Shown here in pieces: positions 1-9,339 of a stretch of DNA of 64,000 nucleotides. The notes under the pieces are model-generated. The model was not told where the DNA came from. It saw nothing but the letters and a program-made list of their open reading frames with translations, and searched no databases. How positions within the stretch are numbered: position 1 is the stretch's first letter; each line of letters opens with the position of its first letter. The position numbers and the translations under genes were made by a program. The stretch comes from Planctomycetota bacterium (GTDB taxonomy: Bacteria; Planctomycetota; UBA1135; UBA2386). The stretch is taken from NCBI GenBank assembly GCA_046349595.1, contig JAXMCA010000002.1, positions 102,827 to 166,826 on the forward strand, given 5' to 3'.

Positions 1-180
1 CTCGCGATTCCCAGGCTCGTGGGGCCGAGCGGTGCCGTCAGCTACGACATTCCCGTCGTGGACGACATCTCGCTGTGCGGAGCCGAGTTGTTCATGCAGT
101 GGTTCGTGGTGGATCCGACAGCGCCGTCGGGCTTCGTCAGTCAGACGACCGCCGTCGACGTGCGCCTCGGCGGACTGTGA
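1..180 (+). CDS. 3' end of an upstream gene (partial; product unknown)
   Basis: Open frame from the window edge, ends at TGA 178-180. The translation (…AIPRLVGPSGAVSYDIPVVDDISLCGAELFMQWFVVDPTAPSGFVSQTTAVDVRLGGL*) is not Arg-rich artefact-like. Confidence 0.3.
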   Translation, partial: LAIPRLVGPSGAVSYDIPVVDDISLCGAELFMQWFVVDPTAPSGFVSQTTAVDVRLGGL

Positions 181-363
181 ACCCTCGTAGCCAGTCGCGG
201 ATGCATCGAGCTCCGTGGATCTCGCGCCCCGACTGGCGAGAGTGCGCAGGAACCAAGACCCCGCGCCAAGCAGAACGGCACCCACCATCATGCGATCGGA
301 CATCGGGGATCTCGCCCCGAACGAGGTGAGAGCGGATCGGTGCGTGCGCTGCGACGCGAAGTC

Positions 364-1224
364 CTACGAACCGAGCAGACGCCGATAGTCGGCGGGCCCC
401 GCGGTGTAGCGCGTGCGGCAGTAGTCGCAGCTCACCGACAGCTCCTCGCCGCGCGCGAGCAGGTCGCGCAGTTCCTGCTCGCCCAGCGTGGCGACGCTCG
501 CGACGACGCGCTCGGAGTTGCAGGTGCAGCCGAAGCGGATCGGCGAGTCGGCGAGCTCGGTGTGTACCTCGCCTTCGACCAGCAGCTCCATCAGGCGACG
601 TGGGTCGGCATCGGTCGACTCGAGGAGGTCGTCGAAGTCACCGAGTGCTTCGACGCGGGCACGCATGCGGGCGAGCGGTGGTTCGCTGACCTCGGGCAGG
701 AGCTGCACGATGAAACCGCCGGCGGCGAGCACGCGGGGCTGCGGGCCGTCGTCGAGCACGACGCCGAGGCGCAGGAAGGTCGTCACCTGCTCGGATCGGG
801 CGAAGTAGCGCGCGAGCGCAGAGTCGAGGCCGTCGTCGTCGGCGGTCTCGACGACGCCCTGATGCCCCTTGCCGGCGCGCAGGATGCGGAACACCTCGAG
901 CAGACCGCCGCTGCGCACCACGGCGCCGAGCGCCGGATCGCCGACCTGGGCGAGCCCGCGGGTGCGGCCCTCGGGGTGCGCGTCACCGATGACGCGTCCG
1001 CCGCCCGGATCGGTGTAGTGCACCTGCACGCGGTGGGCCGGCGCCATGGTCTCGCGCACCAGCACGGCGGCCGTCACGACCTCGCCCAGCGTGAACGCGG
1101 TCGCGCCGCTGACCTGCTGCGCCTCGATCACCGCCTGCACGGTGTCGGTCGTCCGCAGGGTGAGGACGCGGAACGCGCCGTCATCGGTCATCTCGCGGAT
1201 GACGTGGTCGTCGGAGTTCGCCAT
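364..1224 (-). CDS. hslO: Hsp33 redox-regulated chaperone (HslO)
   Basis: 286 aa. Hsp33 architecture with the C-terminal zinc centre CXC…CXXC (…FGCTCNSERV…VSCDYCRTRY). Confidence 0.85.
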   Translation of the reverse strand: MANSDDHVIREMTDDGAFRVLTLRTTDTVQAVIEAQQVSGATAFTLGEVVTAAVLVRETMAPAHRVQVHYTDPGGGRVIGDAHPEGRTRGLAQVGDPALGAVVRSGGLLEVFRILRAGKGHQGVVETADDDGLDSALARYFARSEQVTTFLRLGVVLDDGPQPRVLAAGGFIVQLLPEVSEPPLARMRARVEALGDFDDLLESTDADPRRLMELLVEGEVHTELADSPIRFGCTCNSERVVASVATLGEQELRDLLARGEELSVSCDYCRTRYTAGPADYRRLLGS

Positions 1225-1243
1225 GCGGTGTGCCCGGCCCCTT

Positions 1244-2566
1244 CTACAGCAGAACCCGGACCAGCCAAGGCCACAGGATCACGATCAGCAACGCGAGGAT
1301 CTGGATGCCGATGAACGGCACCACCCCCCGGTAGATCGTGGAGGTCGGGATCGACGGCGGCGTGACGCCGCGCAGGTAGAACAGGGCGAAGCCGAAGGGC
1401 GGGGTGAGGAAGCTGGTCTGCAGGTTCATCCCCAGCATCACACCGAACCAGACCATCTCGTCGCCCTGGATGCCGAGCTTGCGCGCCGCTGGCACGAGCA
1501 TCGGCAGCACGATGAAGGCGATCTCGAAGAAGTCGATGAAGAAGCCGAGGACGAACACGGCCAGGTTCGCGACCAGCAGCAGACCGATCCGTCCGCCCGG
1601 CAGGTTGGTGAGGAGGTGCTCGATCCACAGGTCGCCGTTCAGGCCGCGGAAGACCATCGTGAAGGCCGTCGACCCGATCAGCAGGAACATCACCATGCTG
1701 CTGATGCGCAGGGTGGCGGAGAGCGTGTCGGCGACGGTGCGGCGGTTCAGGCGTCGCGCGAAGCCGGCGAGCGCGGTCGCGCCGAGCGTGCCGAGAGCGC
1801 CGGCCTCGGTGGGCGTGGCGATACCCCAGAAGATGCTGCCGAGCACGATCACCACCAGCGACAGCGGCGGCACCAGCACGCGGAGCACCTCACGCCGCAG
1901 GTTCGCCACCTGCACACGCTCGGCGTGCGGGATCGCCGGCGCGAGAGCCGGCCGCCGCCACGCGACGATCAGGATCCACACCGCGTAGAGCAGCGCGAGC
2001 ATCACGCCGGGGAGCAGGGATCCCTTGAACAGGTCGCCAACGCTCACGGTGAGCTGATCGGCGAGCACCACCAGCACCACGCTCGGCGGAATGATCTGGC
2101 CGAGCGTTCCCGCCGCGCAGATGGTGCCCGTCGACAGCGCAGGGCAGTAGCCGTAGCGCTGCATGATCGGCAGGGAGATCAGTCCCATCGCGACGACCGA
2201 CGCACCCACCACACCGGTCGCGGCGGCGAGCAGCGTGCCGACGAACACCACCGCCAGCGCGAGTCCGCCGCGCATCGGTCCGAACAGCAGCCCGATGGTG
2301 CGCAGCAGGTCCTCGGCGAGCTTGCTGCGCTCGAGCATGGTGCCCATGCAGACGAAGAAGGGCACCGCGAGCAGCACCTCGTTCTTCATGACCCCGAACA
2401 CGCGCTCGGGGAACAGGCTGAGGTACTCGCCGGAGAACCAGCCGCCGGCGACACCCAGCGCGGCGAAGACCAGCGCCACGCCGCCGAGGGTGAAGGCGAC
2501 CGGGAAGCCGACGAAGATCAGCAGGAAGACCGTGACGAACATCAACGGTCCGAGCGGATCAGTCAT
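1244..2566 (-). CDS. dctM: TRAP transporter large permease subunit (DctM family)
   Basis: 440 aa polytopic membrane protein with DctM-family conserved segments (…LSLPIMQRYGY…FLTPPFG…). Confidence 0.85.
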   Translation of the reverse strand: MTDPLGPLMFVTVFLLIFVGFPVAFTLGGVALVFAALGVAGGWFSGEYLSLFPERVFGVMKNEVLLAVPFFVCMGTMLERSKLAEDLLRTIGLLFGPMRGGLALAVVFVGTLLAAATGVVGASVVAMGLISLPIMQRYGYCPALSTGTICAAGTLGQIIPPSVVLVVLADQLTVSVGDLFKGSLLPGVMLALLYAVWILIVAWRRPALAPAIPHAERVQVANLRREVLRVLVPPLSLVVIVLGSIFWGIATPTEAGALGTLGATALAGFARRLNRRTVADTLSATLRISSMVMFLLIGSTAFTMVFRGLNGDLWIEHLLTNLPGGRIGLLLVANLAVFVLGFFIDFFEIAFIVLPMLVPAARKLGIQGDEMVWFGVMLGMNLQTSFLTPPFGFALFYLRGVTPPSIPTSTIYRGVVPFIGIQILALLIVILWPWLVRVLL

Positions 2567-3104
2567 CGCGCCCCTCGTCGCCGGTGGCGACGCCGCGCAG
2601 GGCGGCGAGGTGGCGGATGCCGTCGGCGAGTCCCTGCAACGCGATCAGCGCGAAGGCGACGGGCAGGGCGATCTTCAGCGGCCAGCGCGGCAGGCCACCG
2701 GGGTCCGAGCTGGACTCGCGCATCAGGAACGACTCGAGCGCGAAGGGGATCGAGGTCCACACCCCGAACACACAGAAGGGCACGACCAGGAGGAAGGAGC
2801 CGAGGCAGTCGATCCAGCGCCGTCCCCGTGTGGGCAGTCCGCCGGACAGGACGTCGACGCGGACGTGCTCACCGCGGCGCAGGGTGTGGGCGGCGCCGAG
2901 CAGGAACACCAGCGCGAAGAGGTACCACTGCAGTTCGAGGAGACCGCCCGTGGTCAGGGTCACTCCGACACGGCGCTCGAGCTGCCGCGCGATCGCGTTG
3001 TACGAGCCGACCAGCACCATCACGCCGATCAGCACGGCGACGGACCGCGCGATCGCCGCGTTCAGCCGATCGACGGCCCGCGAGAAGCGGAGCAGGGAAC
3101 CCAT
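2559..3104 (-). CDS. dctQ: TRAP transporter small permease subunit (DctQ family)
   Basis: 181 aa 4-TM protein immediately upstream of dctM, overlapping it by 8 nt. Confidence 0.8.
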   Translation of the reverse strand: MGSLLRFSRAVDRLNAAIARSVAVLIGVMVLVGSYNAIARQLERRVGVTLTTGGLLELQWYLFALVFLLGAAHTLRRGEHVRVDVLSGGLPTRGRRWIDCLGSFLLVVPFCVFGVWTSIPFALESFLMRESSSDPGGLPRWPLKIALPVAFALIALQGLADGIRHLAALRGVATGDEGRDD

Positions 3105-3168
3105 CGCGCGCGGAACATAGCGGGCGACAGCACGGGTTCGCCTCCCGGGCTCAGGCTAGATTCCGGCG

Positions 3169-3663
3169 ATGCACGCGCCCGGTCCGCTCGAGCGAGTCCT
3201 GATGCCCTTGCACGAGGGGCTCGACGCGCTGTTCTTCGCGCACCAGGTCGCCCTGCTCGACCGCGACGGCGCACGCGCACAGCGCTGCTTCCTCGCCTTC
3301 CGCGACGCGATCGAGACGCACGCCGCCGACGAGGAGTCCCACGTGCTGCCGCTGTATGCGCGGAGCGGCGGTGACGCGACCGACAGCCCGTCGGCGCAGT
3401 TCCGTCTCGAGCACGACAAGATCCGCCGCTTCCTCACCGAGCTCGCGCCGCGCATCGCGGCCCTCGCCGGAGCGACGTCGATCGACGACCGCGAGCTGCT
3501 CGGCATCCTGGACCGCGAGAGCTGGTTCAAGAACCTGTTCACGCACCACGACCTGCGCGAGCGCAACGTCCTCTATCCCTGGCTCTCGCGGCACTGCGAT
3601 GCGGCGTCGCAGGAGCAGGCGCTCGCGCGCCTTCGCTTGCGCGCGATCACGCCTTGCGGATGA
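3169..3663 (+). CDS. Hemerythrin HHE cation-binding domain protein
   Basis: Spaced H/E ligand pattern (PLHEGLD…FFAHQ…IETHAADEESHVLP…LEHDKIRRF…FTHHDLRERNVLYPWL). Divergent from dctQM. Confidence 0.6.
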   Translation: MHAPGPLERVLMPLHEGLDALFFAHQVALLDRDGARAQRCFLAFRDAIETHAADEESHVLPLYARSGGDATDSPSAQFRLEHDKIRRFLTELAPRIAALAGATSIDDRELLGILDRESWFKNLFTHHDLRERNVLYPWLSRHCDAASQEQALARLRLRAITPCG

Positions 3664-4579
3664 CGACAGCTCCGTCGGTGCGGACCACCCAGCTCAGGCG
3701 CAGCGACCTCGTGGTGATCTCGAGTGCGTCGCGCAGATCGCGCACCCGGACGTCGTAGGGCACCTCGGCATCACGCCAGGCCTTCCGCTCGTCGGGCACC
3801 GACTTGCCGAACTCGACCTTCACGCCCGGCAGCTCGGCGATGCGGTCGAGCAGCGCACCGAAGGTCGGCGGGATCTCCTTCACGCGGGTGTCGGTGAGGC
3901 GATCGAAGGTGACCTCGGAGGCGGCTTCGCTCACGCGCAGGCAGTAATCGAGCCCGCCGCGGCGCTTCAGCACCTGCACGAAGGACCGCAGCTTCTTCTG
4001 GAGGTCCTTGTCCACCATCAGGCCGGGCGAGCTACGCAGGCCGTTGTCGTCGAAGGCGATCCAGGCGATGCGCGTGCTGTCGCCCTTCTTGTGTGCGTCC
4101 ACGCGGAACAGCGCGAAGCGGTCGGTCTCGCCGTCCATGGTGTGCACCGCGTAGAGGTGCCCGAGCGCGCAGGGCACGGTCTCGAGGACCACCGCCCCCT
4201 CCGCCATCGCCGGCGTGAGACCTTCGAAGTCGACGACGCCGAGGTCGGCGATGGTCGAGATGTCGTCGCGCACCATGCGCACGTCGAACTGGTCCGGAGT
4301 GCCCCTGCCGTTGTTGCCGAACAGCAGCTCCCAGTCGTTGCAGGTGACCTCGAGCTCGGGATCGTCGCGCAGGCCGAACTCGAAGCTGAAGGTCGCCTTC
4401 TGGTAGTCGTCGTACTTGGTACGCGACAGCAGCCACTCCTGGATCGCGAGGTCGGGCGCTCCCTCGGTCGGCGTGTCCTTGGGCGCCGGCTCCTGTCCGC
4501 GTTCGCGCTCCTGCGCCACGAGGGTTCCACACAGGGCCAGCGACAGCGCGAACATCGACACGGACAGGCGGTGGGTCAT
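3647..4579 (-). CDS. Secreted hypothetical protein
   Basis: Internal Met (MTHRLSVSMFALSLALCGTLVAQ…) gives a signal peptide; the ORF-track N-terminal extension is Arg-rich artefact. Its start overlaps the upstream ROK gene stop (ATGA). Confidence 0.5.
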   Translation of the reverse strand: MTHRLSVSMFALSLALCGTLVAQERERGQEPAPKDTPTEGAPDLAIQEWLLSRTKYDDYQKATFSFEFGLRDDPELEVTCNDWELLFGNNGRGTPDQFDVRMVRDDISTIADLGVVDFEGLTPAMAEGAVVLETVPCALGHLYAVHTMDGETDRFALFRVDAHKKGDSTRIAWIAFDDNGLRSSPGLMVDKDLQKKLRSFVQVLKRRGGLDYCLRVSEAASEVTFDRLTDTRVKEIPPTFGALLDRIAELPGVKVEFGKSVPDERKAWRDAEVPYDVRVRDLRDALEITTRSLRLSWVVRTDGAVVIRKA

Positions 4580-5634
4580 GCGTCTCCTCGGGAGGGCGCG
4601 CCGTCGAGCAAGCGACGTGCCACCGCCAACGCGGTCTGGTTGCCGCGATCCTCGAGTCCCGACGGCCGCACGCTCACGCGCGCGTTCGCGCCGCGGATCG
4701 CATCGCGTTCGATGCCGTCGCGCACGAAGGGCTCCCACAGATCGAAGAAGGCGGTGCCGATCGTGCCGAGCACGATCACCTCGGGATCGAGGATGTCGGT
4801 CAGGATCGCGCACAACCGACCGAGCTCACGACCGCAGCGGCGTACCACCGCCAGCGCAGCGGTGTCCCCCGCGCGCGCCAGCTCGCACACGCGACGTGGG
4901 GTGAGTTCGCCCGGATCGAGCAGGGCGGTGGGCGTTCCGCCCTGTCGGGCCGCGAGACGCTCCGCCTCCGCCACCTGCACGATGCCCGGACCGCTGCAAT
5001 AGCCCTCGACGCTGCCGCGGACACCGAAGCCGACCGGCCCGTCGTCGCGGAGGCGCAGGTGCCCGATCTCTCCTGCCAGCGCGTTCGGTCCCTCGTAGAC
5101 GCGACCGTCGAGCCAGAAGCCGGCACCCATCCCGGTGCTCATGGTGAGGAAGATTGCGCTGCTGCTGCCACGCGCGGCGCCGAACAGCGCCTCGGCGAGC
5201 ACGCCGGCGTTGGCGTCGTTCATGAAGGTCGCCGGGACCCGCAGCTCGCGCGCGAGCCAGTCGCGCAGCGCGAAGTGGTGCCAGCGCGGCATGTTCGGCA
5301 CCTCGAGCAGACAGCCGAGGCTGTAGCTCAGGGGGCCGGGCACCGCGAGGCCGACGGCGCCCAGCGTTCCGCCCGCGACCGCGGCCAGGCGCTCCAACTC
5401 GAGGGCGGCCTGGCCGAGGAGATCGGCCGGCGCGCGGTCGGGATCGGTCGGGATGCGGGTGCGGCCGAGGACGTGCCCGTCGCGATCGCCGACGCTCACC
5501 CCGATCTTGGTGCCGCCGACGTCGATCCCCGCGAGCAGGCATCGCGATGAAGGGTCCGGGCTCACGTGCGGCGACGGATCATGCCAAATACCATCCCGCC
5601 ATGCTCGCCTGCTCCGGGCGGCGCTCCGCCGCAC
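4576..5634 (-). CDS. ROK family sugar kinase/regulator (glucokinase-like)
   Basis: N-terminal ATP-binding motif LLAGIDVGGTKIGVSVGD… plus ROK signature region and GxGxGxG-like segments. Start codon uncertain. Confidence 0.75.
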   Translation of the reverse strand: MRRSAARSRRAWRDGIWHDPSPHVSPDPSSRCLLAGIDVGGTKIGVSVGDRDGHVLGRTRIPTDPDRAPADLLGQAALELERLAAVAGGTLGAVGLAVPGPLSYSLGCLLEVPNMPRWHHFALRDWLARELRVPATFMNDANAGVLAEALFGAARGSSSAIFLTMSTGMGAGFWLDGRVYEGPNALAGEIGHLRLRDDGPVGFGVRGSVEGYCSGPGIVQVAEAERLAARQGGTPTALLDPGELTPRRVCELARAGDTAALAVVRRCGRELGRLCAILTDILDPEVIVLGTIGTAFFDLWEPFVRDGIERDAIRGANARVSVRPSGLEDRGNQTALAVARRLLDGAPSRGDA

Positions 5635-5966
5635 TGCTCGCCCTCGTCTTCCCCGTCGCCTCCTGCACGACCGACGTCCCGGTCGGATTCGGCTCCGGAA
5701 CCACGCTCCAGTCCCGCGACGTCATCGCCGAAGCCGCACAGGTCGTCGACGCCGCGCGCCTCGCCCTCTACGAACTCGGCGATGCCGTCGAGACTTCGCA
5801 GGACGGACCGAACACCGTGCTCCGCACCGGGCGCTCCAGGATCGTCGTCCACGACCTCGGTTCGGGTGTGACTCGCCTCGAGGTCTACATGGCGCAGTAC
5901 GTCGGGCCAGACCATCGCCAGCGCGCCGAGAGCCTGTTGCAGCAGGTGGTCGATCACCTGCGCTGA
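5601..5966 (+). CDS. Small lipoprotein, hypothetical
   Basis: Signal peptide with lipobox (…LALVFPVASC-TTD). 122 aa from the internal Met. Located upstream of the Ser/Thr kinase gene. Confidence 0.45.
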   Translation: MLACSGRRSAALLALVFPVASCTTDVPVGFGSGTTLQSRDVIAEAAQVVDAARLALYELGDAVETSQDGPNTVLRTGRSRIVVHDLGSGVTRLEVYMAQYVGPDHRQRAESLLQQVVDHLR

Positions 5967-6036
5967 GCCGGGCGACCAGGCGTCGAATCCCGGTGCGCTG
6001 GCCGTCGGCCCCGACGCTCACCTGGGGGCCCCCTGC

Positions 6037-9000
6037 ATGGACACGCGAAACCCTCCCTCGCGCGACGACCTCGTCACCCAGGCCGAGGAACTCCTGGCAC
6101 AGATCGTCGACCTCGCGGTCGATCTGCAGCAGACGGCACTCGAGGAGCTGTGCCGCGAGCACCCGTCGCTCGCCTTGGAACTGAGGGAACTGTGGAGCCT
6201 GCACCGCAAGCTCCTCGGCCCGCCGGATCCGACCAACTCGGCGGACGGCGAACCCTTCGGTCCCTTCCAGCTGCTGCGTCCGCTGGGCAGCGGCGGCATG
6301 GGAACGGTGTGGCTCGCACGCCAGCGGATGCAGGGCGTCGACCGTCTGGTCGCGGTCAAGACGGTGCGTTCCGCCGGCCTGTTCTCCAAGGAATCGCGCG
6401 AGCGCTTCCGCCGCGAGGCGCGCGCCCTGTTCCGCGTCGACCACCCGGGGATCTGCCCGATCTACGACGTCGGCGACGTCGAAGGCACGCCCTACCTCGC
6501 GATGCGCTACGTGCCGGGGCAATCGCTCGCGGAGATCATCGCGGACGCGCGGGCGTCGAAGACCGCGGTGCAGTTCGAGTCGCGTGACGGATCCACGATC
6601 GGTTCGTCGTCGCGGGCCGAATCGCGCGGACGCTTCGACGGCGTCCTCTCCGTGCTGGAGTCGATCGCGCGCGCACTCCACGCCGCGCACGAGACCGGCC
6701 TCGTGCACCGCGACGTCAAGCCGGGCAACGTGATCATCACACCGACGGGTGAGCCGGTGCTCCTCGACTTCGGCCTCGCCAGGACCCACGGTGAGGACAG
6801 CGACCTCACCGTGAGCGGCGCCCCGGTCGGCACGCCGGCCTACATGTCGCCGGAGCAGGTCTCCGGGAAGCACTCGCAGATCGATCGGACCACCGACGTC
6901 TGGTCGCTCGCAGTCACCGCCTACGAGTGCCTGACGCTGGAGACCCCGTTCCGGGCCGAGACCCGCGAGGCGGTGTACCGCCGCATCCTCACCGACGATC
7001 CGGCGCCGCTGCGTCGATTCGACCGATCCTGGCCCCGCGACCTCGACGTCGTGATCTCCACGGCGCTGCGCAAGGAGCCCGATCGCCGCTACCGCACCGC
7101 GCTCGAGTTCGCCGAGGATCTCGCCGCCGTGCGGCGCATGCTGCCCACGCGCGCGCGCCACACCGGCATGGTCGAGCGGACGCGGCTGTGGATGCGTCGC
7201 AATCCGGTGGTGAGCGCCCTGCTGGTGCTGCTCGCCCTGGCGCTCGGGACCGCGGTGGTGTTCGCGGTGCAGGCGAGCGATCGTGCCGCCGAGGCGGAGC
7301 GCTCACGCAAGCTCGCGGAGGACAGCTTCGCCGCGGCGCGGACCTCGATCGAGCAGGTCACCGACATCACGCGCACCAAGCTCGACGAGGTCCCCGGCTT
7401 CGCCAGCCAGCTCACCGTGATGCTGCAGAGCTGCGTCGACTTCTACACGAAGTTCGCGGAGCTGCGCGAATCGGACCCGCGGCTCGGGATCGACGTCGCA
7501 CGTGCATGGCAGTCGATCGGCGAGATCGAGAACGCGGTCGGACGATTCGCGGAGTCCGAGGCGGCGTTCCGGCTGTCGCGCCAGCACCTCGAGAAGGCGG
7601 AAGCCGACGGTTTCGCGATCCGCGACAGCGCAACGATGGTGTTCCTGGTGACCAGGCTCGGTGCCCTCGCGGCGCGACAGGGTCGGATCGAAGAGGGGAA
7701 GACGAGACTCGCGGAGGCCGTCGCGATCGCTGCACGCGGACTCGCCACGTCGCCGCGCGATCTCGGACGCCTCAATCACGCGCTGAATGCACGCACGGTG
7801 CTCTGCAATCTGCTGATCGACTCCGGCGAGGACGACGCGGCGCTGAAGACCAGCGAGGAGGCGATCCGCATGATCGAAGCGCTCCCCGCCGATCTGGAGA
7901 AGAGCACGGATCTCCCGGTCTCGATCGCGCGCACCTACGATCTGGCTGCCAAGCTCGAGACCCGCTTCGGTCGGGCCGAATCCGCCGATCAACACTTCGC
8001 GAACGCGATCACCTGGTTGGAGAACCTGCCCGCCGCAATGAAGGAGGAGCTCAGCGCCAAGGCGCTCCTCTCGATCGTGCACGCCGATCGCGGGGAGCTG
8101 CGCAAGAACAGCGACCGACTCCAGGACGCGCTCGAGGACACCGATCGGTCCATCACGCTCAACGAGCAGATCGTCGCCAGCCATCCCGATCACTACCAGT
8201 ACACGGTCAATCTCGGCGGTGCGTATGCCAACCGCGGCGGCGTGCTCGTCGATCTGGGCAAGTTCGACGACGCGGCGAAGTCGCTGGAGCGCGGGCGTGA
8301 ACTCCTGCGCAAGGTCCTGGAGACACATCCGCGCGACCAGTTCATCACGCTGCAGCTCGCGATCGCGACGTTGGGTCTCGGCGATCTCGGGACACGACGT
8401 CGCGAGATGGAGGAAGCCGCCGAGCACTACCGCGAGGTACTTCGCGTCCTGGATGCCCTCGATGAATCGACTCGCGGCGGGTTCGACGAACTGCGCCTGC
8501 GTGCCCGCGCCGCCAGTTCGCTGGGCACCTGCCTGATCTCCGCTCTCGAGTTCGAAGCGGCCGAACAGTCCCTCGCGGCCGCAGCGACGGTGCTCGACGC
8601 GCTGATCGCCAGATCACCGGCGACCGTGCGCCTGCTCGTCGACAAGGCGACCTTGCTGCACAACCGCGCACTCGCTGCGGCCGGACTCGATCGGCAGGAC
8701 GCCGCCGCCGGATGGTTCCAGGCTGCGGCCGAGACCTGGTTGAAAGCGCTGCCGCAGCATCCGCAGCCGCCCGCGGCGCTCCTGCAGACCTCCCGCGACC
8801 TCGCACGCGAGTGTCTCGCGCGGATGTTCGAGGACACCACCGTCGCGCATCAGGCCGCGCTCGAAGCGCGCAGACAGATCGACGCGGTCGACGAGAAGAC
8901 CCGTTCCGCCGTCGTCAAGCTAGCGGCCTATCAACGCGATCTCTGGACGCTCCGCTTCGTCGCCGCGGTCGGCGACATCGGCACCGCGCCACAGGAGGCA

Positions 9001-9339
9001 CGGAAGACGCTCCTCCAATGCGCCGGCGCCTTCGACCGGATGCCCCGCGAACGCGACAAGGACTGGATGTTCCTGCTCGCTGCGCTGTGCCGCGTGAGCG
9101 CGTTGCGTTGCGAGGCCGCTGCCGATCCTTCGAACGCGGAGATCGCCGTGGCTCTGACCTCGAACCTGCAGGACCTCGCGACCGGCGAGCTGCCGCCCTT
9201 CCCCGACCTCGCGCATCTGTGCGAGAAGGCGCTCGCCGGCGCGCGAGCGATCGCCGCGACACTGGAACCTGCCGACGCCGCTCCGCTCGTCCGTTCGGCC
9301 GACGCGGTGCAGAAGCGCCTGGACGGCCAGGATCACTGA
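6037..9339 (+). CDS. Serine/threonine protein kinase with C-terminal TPR-like repeat region
   Basis: Hanks kinase motifs: GSGGMGTVWLA (P-loop), VAVK, HRDVKPGNVII, DFGLA, GTPAYMSPEQ. A TM segment follows the kinase domain, then about 650 aa of TPR-like helical repeats. Confidence 0.9.
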   Translation: MDTRNPPSRDDLVTQAEELLAQIVDLAVDLQQTALEELCREHPSLALELRELWSLHRKLLGPPDPTNSADGEPFGPFQLLRPLGSGGMGTVWLARQRMQGVDRLVAVKTVRSAGLFSKESRERFRREARALFRVDHPGICPIYDVGDVEGTPYLAMRYVPGQSLAEIIADARASKTAVQFESRDGSTIGSSSRAESRGRFDGVLSVLESIARALHAAHETGLVHRDVKPGNVIITPTGEPVLLDFGLARTHGEDSDLTVSGAPVGTPAYMSPEQVSGKHSQIDRTTDVWSLAVTAYECLTLETPFRAETREAVYRRILTDDPAPLRRFDRSWPRDLDVVISTALRKEPDRRYRTALEFAEDLAAVRRMLPTRARHTGMVERTRLWMRRNPVVSALLVLLALALGTAVVFAVQASDRAAEAERSRKLAEDSFAAARTSIEQVTDITRTKLDEVPGFASQLTVMLQSCVDFYTKFAELRESDPRLGIDVARAWQSIGEIENAVGRFAESEAAFRLSRQHLEKAEADGFAIRDSATMVFLVTRLGALAARQGRIEEGKTRLAEAVAIAARGLATSPRDLGRLNHALNARTVLCNLLIDSGEDDAALKTSEEAIRMIEALPADLEKSTDLPVSIARTYDLAAKLETRFGRAESADQHFANAITWLENLPAAMKEELSAKALLSIVHADRGELRKNSDRLQDALEDTDRSITLNEQIVASHPDHYQYTVNLGGAYANRGGVLVDLGKFDDAAKSLERGRELLRKVLETHPRDQFITLQLAIATLGLGDLGTRRREMEEAAEHYREVLRVLDALDESTRGGFDELRLRARAASSLGTCLISALEFEAAEQSLAAAATVLDALIARSPATVRLLVDKATLLHNRALAAAGLDRQDAAAGWFQAAAETWLKALPQHPQPPAALLQTSRDLARECLARMFEDTTVAHQAALEARRQIDAVDEKTRSAVVKLAAYQRDLWTLRFVAAVGDIGTAPQEARKTLLQCAGAFDRMPRERDKDWMFLLAALCRVSALRCEAAADPSNAEIAVALTSNLQDLATGELPPFPDLAHLCEKALAGARAIAATLEPADAAPLVRSADAVQKRLDGQDH

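Noticed and set aside
1046-3202. 718-aa plus-strand ORF and similar long ORFs elsewhere (3356-5002, 5722-7161, 12686-15175, 17395-19320, 18893-21433, 28567-29973, 35615-38623, 41854-44055, 42698-45412, 53615-56308, 61204-63318)
   Set aside because: The translations are dominated by Arg/Gly/Asp/Ala/His runs with no domain structure. They lie antisense or out of frame to well-supported genes. These are classic open-frame artefacts of ~70% GC DNA.
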